Part shown: positions 1 through 19,743 of the stretch, piece after piece
Numbering within the stretch: position 1 is the stretch's first letter
Layout: each line of letters starts with the position of its first letter
From: Amoebidium appalachense
Lineage: Eukaryota > Protista > Ichthyosporea
DNA: 64,000 nucleotides
NCBI GenBank assembly: GCA_963693365.1
Contig: CAVNZM010000008.1
Coordinates: 4,798,310-4,862,309 of the forward strand
Direction of reading: 5' to 3'
Translations under genes and position numbers: made by a program
The notes under the pieces: generated by a model
Seen by the model: the letters and a program-made list of their open reading frames with translations, nothing else
What the model was told of the DNA's origin: nothing
The model's database searches: none

Positions 1-116
1 ATACTCTCGGTCCCTGACATACACACTCTCTCCTCTCCATCTGTCTCTACCTCCTTTCCTTCTCCCTCTGTCCCATGATCCCTGCCTCCCTCCCTCCCTC
101 CCTCCCTCTCTCTTTC

Positions 117-238
<122 letters not shown>

Positions 239-382
239 CCTCCCTCTGTTTCTCTCCCTCTCCCCCACCCCCCTCTCTCACTCTCTCCCCCCCCCCCTCC
301 CTCCCTCCCTCCCTCCCCTCCCTCCCTCCCTCCCTCCCCTCCCTCCCTCTCCCTCTCCCTCTCCCTCTCTCTCCTTCTGTGT

Positions 383-486
<104 letters not shown>

Positions 487-791
487 TATTGGCCCACTGG
501 CATTCCTCCTCTCCCCCGCCTCCCCCCTCTCCCCCCCACCACCCACCCACCCGCCCACTCCTCCCCCCTTGCCTTTCTGTCCTGCCCTCATGATTCCCAA
601 TCACTTCGGATTCCTCGCATACACCCCACGATCACCGTCGAGTCCCCTCCCCGACCCCCCCTTCCCCTCCCTCCACCCCCCCCCACCCACCCACCCACTA
701 CACACCCCTGTTCCTCATGCGTCCTTGGTCCCTCCCCTGCCTTGTGCACTCCTACACTTTTCCTCTCCTGTTCCTCTCTCTGGCCCCCCTC

Positions 792-833
<42 letters not shown>

Positions 834-1262
834 GAAAGAAAAAGAAAAAAAAAGAAAAGAAATCCCCCCCCCCCCCCCCCCCTCCCTCCCCAAACCTATG
901 TTCCTGCATTCAACCTTTGTCCGCATTTTCGCATGTTTTTTGCGAATCACATCCTTTTTACATTGCAATTTTCGATCTACAATCTTGTACGTTCTCAATG
1001 CAGACCGTGGAACAATTTTCTTTTCTTTTCGCTTTCTGCGACCACACACCAACACATGAATTTGCAGCACTTTCCCCCCCCACCTCCTTCCCCCCACCTC
1101 TCCCCCCCACCTCCTTCCCCCCACCTCTCCCCCCCCCCCCCCCCCTCCCCCCCCTCTCCCTCCCCCCCCCCCCCCCCCCCCCCCACGCTCTTTCATGTAA
1201 GAATCCAAATGTTGTTTTGCTCATGGAGTATTCTCTGACCCCCCTCCCCCCCCCCCCCCCAG

Positions 1263-10157
<8,895 letters not shown>

Positions 10158-10744
10158 TTATAACAAAAACCCCGCGGCGAAAAAAAAAAAAAAAAGGACG
10201 CAAGGCGGTGCTATTCGAAAAGGTTTTTATTTTGGTTTTGGGTTTTGGGGGGATTCGGAGTTCTGAAGGGTGAGGTTCATGTCGGGGTTTTAACATGACC
10301 GGCGTAGCGGAACGCACGAAAGTTTGCGGTGTTTAGAAACGTTGTCTCTGGATTTTCTATAGATTTTAAGGAGTTGTGGAGGGCGGGTTTTACGTCGGGT
10401 TCATTATCCGTGAACGCGTGTGACGGAGGGCTCGATCTGTCTGTGGCTCGAGTAAACTTCTAAAGCCCCTAAAGCCCTTATTCCCCTTGTGTACTCGGTC
10501 ACCTTGGTGTATTTTGAAGTGTCTGTCCTTTTTTCTCTTTTTTTTCTTTTCCTTTTGTTTAACCACCGTCACCTCTCAGTCTGCCGCCACCACGTGACCC
10601 CTGACTCATATGCATCCACCTCGATTTACCTTCACGAAAATTGGAACGGGAGTGGGGATGGAGGTGATGGCTCCGTCTGTGGATCCTGCCTGTGTGTGTG
10701 TGCACGCGCGCACACGCACACACATACAGACACGCAGCGCGCGC

Positions 10745-10804
<60 letters not shown>

Positions 10805-11243
10805 GCCACATGCACAGGCGTACGCGCGGTCACACGCGATTGATGCACACAAAGTCTCTCATGCACACACAAACACACCATGAGTGAGCGAGGATGCATA
10901 TGGTAACTCTGATAGTGCTACCCTATCGTGTCGACTGCCCTAGGCCTGTGGCAAGCCTGCCTTAGCATCTTCATGGTCATAAGTATTAAAAAAAAAATTT
11001 TGTTCATGCTGGGGTCGACACTGTGTCGATCATTTCATGCCCCTACGTTTTGAACATCGGTGAACGTTAAATTTCATGTCATTTTCGTTGTACGTACACA
11101 TGCCTACGAATCCTTTTATATCAGGGTTATGCTTGCTTGCATGCATGTGCGTGCACGTGTGCGAAGCTCTTTATGTGTGCGTGCGTGTGTGTGCACGTGT
11201 GTGCGTGTGCGTGTGGATGTGTGTGCGCGTGTGTGTGTGTGTT

Positions 11244-11298
<55 letters not shown>

Positions 11299-11769
11299 AT
11301 GTACGTACATGTGTGTTTGTGTGACATTGCGTGTGTGTGTGAGCCAGTAGCCATGGCATATGCATGGGTAGATGGATGGCGTACGTAACACGCTTCTGAA
11401 CATGCGGTAGTTCATCGCTCATCGATATCTTTCTAGTGTTACATATACACAACCTGACTACTCGAGCTCGGTGCTGCCAGTCAGTCAAAGTAATTGTCGA
11501 CAGTCCAGTCTTGTTTTTCAAGATGCCGCTCACGTCGCATCATGCACATGCGGTGCGCACGTACCGTTTAATTTTTTTGTCAACATGGGTCAACCCTTGC
11601 CCATTTCCGGCCGCATCAGATTCTCGGCCCTCCGGCAGTCTCAGTGTTCTAAGTTATAACGTTGCAAACCGTCACTCGTAGCTTTACTCACGGTACCCAC
11701 TGCCCACAGAATTGATGTCGGCAGAGAGAGTTGAGAGAGGGGTTTACCATCGTTTTTTCAGAGGGCCGT

Positions 11770-12725
11770 GGGTTTACACACTTTTTATTGCGTGGACACT
11801 GCCGGGGGCCCCACACTCGACGGCCTACTCCGTTTTCCAGCGCAGCCAATCAAATGCAGTAGGCTAGTGACATATGTACATGCTAGGCAATAGTAGCGCC
11901 ATCGTAGTATACGACACCCCTACTCATATTATGGGTAAGCAGAGGCTAGCATCGGTAGCTCCGACAGAAAGTTATACCGCTGAGGGGATATTCCGAGCAA
12001 ACCCCCCCCCCCCATACCTGAGACTGGTTCTCTTTGCCTCGAGTAAACAGCGTAAACCCCAAAGTTAAGGCACCGTATCACAATATCATACTGTGCAGCA
12101 TTAATAAGGTGATCTATCGTAGGATAGTCATTTTAAAACGGATAAATTGAGGAAGAGAGGGAGAAAAGAGAATAAAACCGCCAATAACCTCCGGTTCTAT
12201 TACGTTAGCTAACAGGTTACACTTATTAATAGATATGCATCCGCGAGTAAACCGCCCCCCACACGTGCACATATTACACATACGAGCAGGAGACACCAGA
12301 AACCCATAATCATCTTTGCGTTTTTACACCACACCACATTACGAATAAACGAATCTATGTAGGAACGAGACTCTCTAACCGTATCCGCCATATAGGCTAC
12401 TAGTAGTTGGTGTTTTTGCGGTCCTAACACAGGAAGGGACTCAACACGTAGAGTAAAAAGATATCTATCAGCCATAGACTTGAAACTATTCATATTCACA
12501 CTATGACCTAGCCGTACCTCCGGGGGGGGGTCGCCAGCCATTCCGCATAACGCTCGACAATGGGCAGAGACGATGTGGAAGGGAAGAGGTAGAGGGGCGA
12601 GTGCGGCGGGGATGCGTGTAGCCGGAAGAGCGGGTGGTCCGGGGCACAAGCGGACAGGCGGGTGATGTACTCGTGAAATTTAAGGGCTAATTCGTGTACG
12701 CGTTGTGATGTGCGTAGAGAGAATC
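11770..12725 (-). mobile_element. Degraded 5'-truncated non-LTR retrotransposon, family B (3' end AATAAAAAGTGTGTAAACCC)
   Basis: Frameshifted minus-strand translation RVHELALKFHEYITRLSACAPDHPLF matches family A RVSYLALKFNKHISRL...PSHPLF. It also contains CTCGGRFTRGC and a frameshifted TIL..HLINAAQYDIVIRC. The 3' part is shared with 24623-24916. Confidence 0.8.
11975..12060 (+). mobile_element. 86-bp 3'-terminal fragment of family A inserted into the family B copy, 7-bp TSD AAAGTTA
   Basis: Near-identical to 14325-14410. AAAGTTA lies at 11968-11974 and 12061-12067. The family B copy near 24825 shows the empty site with a single AAAGTTA. Confidence 0.9.
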
Positions 12726-12781
12726 AAAAGTCACGTGGATGCATGCATGGTTAATTGGTGTGGATGCACAGGTCACGTGCG

Positions 12782-14092
12782 CCAAAGATGCATTTTTTAT
12801 TTGCTTGCAATTGGCCGACTGACGTGACGCGCGTCAAGATTGTTCGATGTAGTGTCAGAGTGGTGCAAGGCAAACCTTATGATCCTTAACATAGACAAAT
12901 GTGGTGTTCTTGTACCTGATATAGCTAACAATTTACACACATTTACATTATCATCTAAACCTGTACCTATAGTTCCAGAATACAAATATCTTGGTGTTCC
13001 GGTTGATTCTGTTGGTGTTATGTTTCCCCATATGGTCGAAAAGAGGGTAGAGTTGGCTCGTAAGCGGTTAGCTTTCTTCTCGGCTAACATTTTTAAAGAC
13101 ACACCCCTCCATCCTTCTATTAGACTTACATTTATTCGCACTTTTGTCTTCCCGGCATGTGAATATGGTTTACCCCTTCTCGCCGCCTGGATCAAGAAAG
13201 AGAGAACTAGAGCGCTTAAACCCTTGGCAAATTTCCTTGAAGCAGAAGTTGCCTCCTTTCTATCTAACAACTGTTGTAAACCTGGGCCTGTAACGCTCTC
13301 GATATATGGTCTGGTCCCAATAGCTGCTAGAGTATCCTATCTCGCGCTGAAATTCAATAAGCACATAAGCCGCTTAAAGAAGTATTTGCCCTCCCACCCT
13401 CTCTTCTCTATCCGACCTGTCCCCTCCTCACCTCTCCCCTCTTTCCTCCCCTCTCTCTCCCCTTCTCCCCTGGGCACAAATACAAATAAACCCCGCAATA
13501 GTGTGTGTGTGACTTTGGACTGCCACTTACTTATTAAACATGTACACAATCACAAGATAATCACGCAATATAACAAATGGAAAAAGATACCACACGACAC
13601 TAGACCCGATGAAAGCATACACCTTGAAAAACTAAGCCTTATGTCTCGTTTTATATATACTGACCGCCTCAACCATATTGCCAAATATGGCACTCGCAAG
13701 TGTATAACACCTAAATACATATTACCTTCCTGTAGAACTGGTCTTTCTCTAGCTGATGGTATTATTGATCAATTACCACGCTTTTACTGTACACGTGCTA
13801 TACAGTGGAGATCTAATAAGTATAAGGTGGAATCATTTGCATGCCCAAACAACACACACACACACCAGTTTAACCGGTCATGTATCGCCAAATGTAGTTT
13901 GATAGACCACATAATACCGCAACACACACACGTCACATTCACAACAGACACCCAGAAAGATAGCCTACCTGTAAATTACAACATCCTTGATTTTATACTA
14001 AACACGCGTAACTACGACCTGTTTATTAGATGTATTGATTGGCTTGAGAAACACATCACTACAAAATTATAGCGCACGCGCACACACACACA

Positions 14093-14177
<85 letters not shown>

Positions 14178-14410
14178 CCAGCTGATACCGAGTGTCCCGA
14201 GGGGAGCCCCTTTACGGGGAACCCCAACTAATTGATTTCTCCTTATAGTCTTTATGGTGTCTCGTAGAGAAAGTAAACCCTGATATATAGTCACCACCCG
14301 ACATCTATGTACGTGATCATGATATACCGCTGAGGGGATATTCCGAGCAAAACCCCCCCCCCATACCTGAGACTGGTTCTCTTTGCCTCGAGTAAACAGC
14401 GTAAACCCCC
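12782..14410 (+). mobile_element. 5'-truncated non-LTR retrotransposon, family A (RT C-terminal part and Cys/His tail; 3' UTR ends GCGTAAACCCCC)
   Basis: ORF 12840-14072 has W..N.M.LN..K, EYKYLGV and RTFVFPACEYG, typical of the end of a LINE RT, then QWR..C...H.FNR.C...C and NILDFILN. The 3' UTR contains a (CA)n tract. The 3' end is defined by the short copy at 11975-12060. Confidence 0.85.
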
Positions 14411-15054
14411 ACATGTACTACAACAATCATCATGCCATCATATGACGGGACTCTAACAGTCAACAGTGTCCCCGCACATACATGCACGGGAATGAAAAGG
14501 CAGGATAACTTAAAGATACTATACGTTATATGTTGCGTTATATGCCTTTTTCGTTATCTAATATTAGTCGAGCTATATATGCACAGTACTGAGTCAGTTG
14601 ACGCGTGGTCCTCGAGAAATCCGGAGGGCCGTGGGTTGGGCGTCAACCTCCGTGTCACGTGTGACGTTGATGCATGCATTTTGCAAGTTTGCATGCCCTC
14701 ATATCATCTTTGTTGCTGGAAATTTATCCTGAGACTCATAAAGCTTTTTAAAGTTATTGTTAAATATCTCGAGATTTCATGACGATGGGATAAACTGCCC
14801 TCTGAGCCCTGCCAGGAAACCAACTGACCTCGCATCGACCCTGAAGGTGATAACGTTTTCCAGGTGTACATATTTACTTATTTTTTCGATATTTAAAGGT
14901 CTTGGTTAAGCTATCTTAAATGCACTCATTGGAAATGTTGTCAATATATTTCCAATCCATTCATGTTCGAATTCATCTCAGCGGCAGTGCTTCACATCTG
15001 AGCATAGATAACCTTGAAATTACATGAAAATACAGTAAACCTATCTTTTCTGTT

Positions 15055-15200
15055 GAATTGTTGGCCATTCTGATTGGCCAGACCGGCACCGATTCACATT
15101 CCTAAAGCCCATCTATATGTCACGAAGGTGTTTTGATTGGCTTCTGCGCTACTCTTTAATCCTGATTGGCTGGTGTTTATAGGGCGGAAGCCAATTAGGG
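15055..15200 (+). promoter_or_regulatory. Cluster of CCAAT boxes plus a GC box, probable promoter of the GT49 gene
   Basis: TGATTGGC at ~15070, ~15135 and ~15163, AGCCAAT at ~15189 and GGGCGG at ~15182, about 400 bp upstream of ATG 15578. Confidence 0.5.
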
Positions 15201-15577
15201 CTTGATTCTTGGAATGAACTAGCCATATATGGGAATGATAAATTCGAACCCATATGCATCATACAAAACCGCCCGCACATAATCCCCCCGCCTTCACAGT
15301 CACGCTGTTTCATTTTGTGTTTCGTTTCACACGACAAAAAAAAAAAAAAAGCGAACATTTCACAAGAAACGAAATCGTAAAAGCAGCTGTTTTAGCTATT
15401 CGTGCCACATGTTTAACGGCTTTACCCCTCCCTTTGACTCTTTCGAACTTAGCCACACCAAAGGTTTTGTTAACTGAAATTGCAATTCCCAAGCTTGTTC
15501 ACAAGGGTGTAACGAACACTGTAAACGCCCCGCTCTGTTGTGGGGCATACCAAACAAACACAGTCAGTTAAAGCACT

Positions 15578-16336
15578 ATGACTGCGCCTCTTCAATTTGT
15601 AAAGCCGAGGCCGGCCCCACCTTATCGAACAAATACGCGCGGAGGAGACAATAACTCTGGGTAAGTGCACATGCTCTCACGGTTTGCACTCGTTACTTCC
15701 TGCCGCTTCAAAGAAGTCTATCATAAGTGCAGATCTTACCCATGCCCATTTCTACTGTGTGCTAAAGGACGTTGCTACTGTTTCTACATCATTTCTGAAC
15801 TTGCTTAGGGGCACACCTCTACTATTGAGCTCAAAATTTTGCAACCTGAATGTGTTTATGTGTTAGGAGTTGCAGAGAGCACGATGTAGAGTGAAAAGTT
15901 GACATGGCATCTGCACGTGTGTAGAACAAAACTGAACAACCAATATTTGTCGGTGTGCAAACAGATTTAGACGTGAGAAACTTTTTCGTACGCAAGTTCT
16001 TTGACCTTGTATTAGTTTGTTGCTGCAGCCAATGGGATCTCTCCTGTATTGTGTCTGAACATGGCGAGGCAACTAGCACACACACAGTAGGTACTGCCAG
16101 AATGCGTATGCAAATAGAGTGATTAAGAAGCAGAGAGCCAATAGGTGTTTTCTGTTAACCATCCCTGCCTCTCTCATTCTCTCCCGTCACCATAACTTCT
16201 CCTTACAACTCCCTCCTCCCTCCCCCCCCCCCCCCCCACCCCCCCTTTACCCCCACTAACACAAAAACACTGTTACCTACCCGTTTGCCAGAACATTCCC
16301 CTCCTCCTCCCCCCGGTTCCCTCCCCCTTCCCCCCC

Positions 16337-16367
<31 letters not shown>

Positions 16368-17339
16368 ACACACGTGTGCACACAGAACCGTCATGTATTC
16401 CACCCGGGTGTCGCGCATTTTTGCGCTCCTACTTCTGGCCGTGATCATGTGCTTTATCTGTAAGTTCTACTCCCAACCTGCTTCCTGTGTGTGTTGATGT
16501 TGTGTTTGAGGTGTTCATGTGTGTTTGTAAAGGCGCGTGTTCGTGTGGTTCCCCTCAAATATTCGCTATAATGGAAGCTACGTGCCCCGTGTGTTGCTCT
16601 AAAAAGGCATGGGAGCCCTGTGTGTTCTATTTTTTTCCTTTCAAGCTTTGCAAGGGTTGGTTGGTGGATGAAGACTGGTAAGAGGCATTGTTCTCTGTGT
16701 GTGTGTGTGTTATTGGAAGGAGGTGTGCCCCGTAGGCTGCATGATTGCTCTGATAGCATAATATCATCAACCAAAACACCAAGAAACGATGCCACAAAGC
16801 CTTGGTTTTAGTTTGAATTGTATCCCCCCCCCCCCCCCCGGTCCACCATTCTGCCTCACGTACACACGGACACATGCACTAACACCAACCTTCTCTTTCC
16901 CCCTTTGCCCTCATCCCATTTCCCTCCGCCCCTCCGCCCTCCCCCGAACACACACTCACACCATCCCACCCCACCCTTCCACCATATGCACACAGTAATT
17001 TTCGTACCGCACGAATCCTTTGCCAGCGGCCAATCAAAAGTCTTCATCAGCACTTTCTGGGCAACGCCGCCACACTGCGACTCTGTGAACTGCCACGGGA
17101 GGGGGCCAGCCGGTGAACCCCTTTTGGTGGAACTTGGAACGAGAGATTCGCACGACGCGCCGCTTTCTATTCAGGAAGAAAACGAGATTCAGAGCGAGAG
17201 GCAAGCGGAAGCGGACGGACATGATATGTCGCATGGTGTGCTTCTGTTGACGAGGGAGGAGAAGGATAGGATTGCGTTCCATTTGCAGGATGTGATTATG
17301 GACTACCAGGCAGACTATGTCGGGTACATGCAGAAGCAC

Positions 17340-17383
<44 letters not shown>

Positions 17384-18198
17384 ATGTTTCTGTGTGTGTG
17401 TCTTGTGTACGTGTGCACGCGCGTGTAATGTGTGTGTTGTGTATGTGTTTTTACGCGTATGTGTATCTGTACGTGCGAATGTGTTTGGTATCGGGACAGG
17501 AGCTGAGGTGATATTAGGAGAGAACATGATGCGTGTGTGTAGGTTTGTAGAATATGTAGCACAAGATGGCTCGGGTGGGGTATGGTATGAAGACTAGGAT
17601 AGATGAATAAAAGGTGTGCTTAGGAGGTGGCCACCCCCCACCCCCCACCCCATCTCCCACCCCCAACAACAACGACAACAACGTCGTTTTCTAAAAACTC
17701 TCTGTGTGTGCCTCTTCCTTTCTTTGACTCCTTGCTTGCACATGTGTTCCTTCCCTCCTATAAGGCCTTGTTAAATTTGCGCGGCTTCTGAATCCGGCCT
17801 TTTTTCCTTTTTTAGGTATCAGTGGCACGGCCCACGCCCCACGGACAACTCCACCATCGTCCACCCTGGTCCCCTCGCCGTCCTCCACACACAATCGTGC
17901 CAGGCGCACGAACCGGGACTCGTACGCACCACCCATTCCACCGACCGCGGCTACTGTTTTGGTACCGCGAAAATAGCCGGAGAACGCGTGTGCGATCAAA
18001 AGGCACCCAACTATTTGAGCGTTGCTCCAGGGCAGAAGTTTGCGACTTTTATGCTTTACAACAGGACGTTTGGGTATGTCCCGTACTACCATACGTCGAG
18101 GTTTACGGCAAGGGGGAGGAAGAACAAGGATTTGAGGACCAACGCGATTACGGTCACTTCGCAGGTGTGTGTGTGTGTATGTGTGTGTGTGTGTGCAC

Positions 18199-18230
<32 letters not shown>

Positions 18231-19743
18231 GCTTTTTGGTTGAAACGTGGGGCCCTTACTGTATGTATGTGCCTGCGTGTAGGATGGGTCCCTGCATGTG
18301 TTTCTGTGTGTTCAAGGAGTGTGTTGGTCCTTTTTGCAGACAGAAACTGGGCGAGATTGTGTAGAAAGGTTAATGGATTTGAACGGAAGTGGTCGGAGGG
18401 TGAAATGGGAGGATATGTGGGTAGGGTGGAGATGAAAGAGAAAGGGGCTGTGTGTTTGCAGGTGGAGAGGGGAGGGGGAAGGGGGGGGGGGGGGGGGGGG
18501 GGACATGTCTGGTTGTCTTTCCAAACAATGTTATGGACGAAAAATAATGTTTGTTTTTAGGTGTGATGGGATGAACTGTAGTGGTGTCAAGTAGCGATAT
18601 TTATTGATATTGCTAAGTAAGAACCAAAAAGGTATGTTTATCAGCAATGCTAACCCGCATGTGCGTGTGCAGGGCTCATGGAACCGCATCGAACACGTGG
18701 TGCACCTTGCCAAGCTGTGGCGTGGGCCGATCTCCTTTGCTCTCCTCCTGGACAATCGGAACCAGATCGAGGAGTTGGATCGCATACTTTCCGGGATAGT
18801 CGAACTTTCAGAATATCTCGACCTGCACATCGTATGGCGGCACGATCACGAGATGACGGACCCCGACGCGTTCTATCCAATCAACATGCTCCGAAACATG
18901 GGCATGCAGCCAGTGGAGACGGGGCTCGTGTTTGTATTGGACGTCGACAACATTCCTAACGCTTCCCACGACCAATACGCTCGCTGGATCTCGGACGCCG
19001 AGAGGAGTGTAAGGAACGCGAGCGCCGCCGCCGAGTGCCCTGGCCTTGACGCTTTTGTGCCGCCCGCTGTGGAAATGCTTGCGCCAAGGTTGGAGAGGTT
19101 GTATCTGCAGAACAACTCTACCGACACGCTGAAAAAGGATACCTTGGTTGACGCGTTTTTCGACGGGACTGCACTGCCCATGCACCTTTATTTCGGACCC
19201 GCGTACGTCCCGACCAATCATTTCGCGTGGGCGAGGAGCAAGACGGTCGACCGGCTTCCCTACGTCACCCGGTTCGAACCCTACTACATTGCGCGCCACC
19301 CCGTGCCGCTCTTCAACGAGTCGTTTGTCAACCGGGGCGGAAATTACGCGCAGCAGGTTTATGAAATGAACGCCGCTGGGTACACTTTGTGGCGCCTACC
19401 ACACGCGTTCATGGTCGATATTCCACACACGAAGCCGGCACCGACGCCCGCGGCGGCGACGGCTGGATCGACCAATGAGAACTCGAGCTTGGAGGAGGGT
19501 AAGAAGGGGGCGACGGCGAACGTACAGGACAATGGGACGAAGCAGGCACACCACGACCAGGATTTCATTGCAAAGACGTGGGAACAATTCCACGAATACC
19601 TGCCGCACCGATATAGATTCCATGTGCCTAACCCCAGCGTCACGGACGTTCCTTTCAGGATGTATAGACGGTCGCAGGAGAAGGTGGTGAATGCAATGTG
19701 GCACATGCTTGGGTCGATGGAGGCGACGGACGTCATTCGCTGA
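15578..19743 (+). CDS. GT49 glycosyltransferase (LARGE C-terminal domain / B4GAT1-like), type II membrane protein, ~640 aa
   Basis: Exons 15578-15660, 16386-16459, 16996-17341, 17816-18164, 18673-19743 (1923 nt, phases match). N-terminal TM segment IFALLLLAVIMCFILIFV. GT49 motifs AITVTSQ-GSWNR...WRGPIS, YPINMLRN, DxD (LDVD) and FEPY. Confidence 0.9.

Noticed and set aside
12797-13270. Antisense ORFs over real coding regions (also 18808-19299, 53603-54322, 59864-60438)
   Set aside because: They are shadow frames opposite well-supported coding sequence.
11975-14410. LTR retrotransposon or Penelope pseudo-LTR pair, suggested by the 86-bp direct repeats
   Set aside because: The left copy has its own TSD and an empty-site homologue. 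There are no TG..CA ends, PBS or integrase, and the RT motifs are LINE-like.
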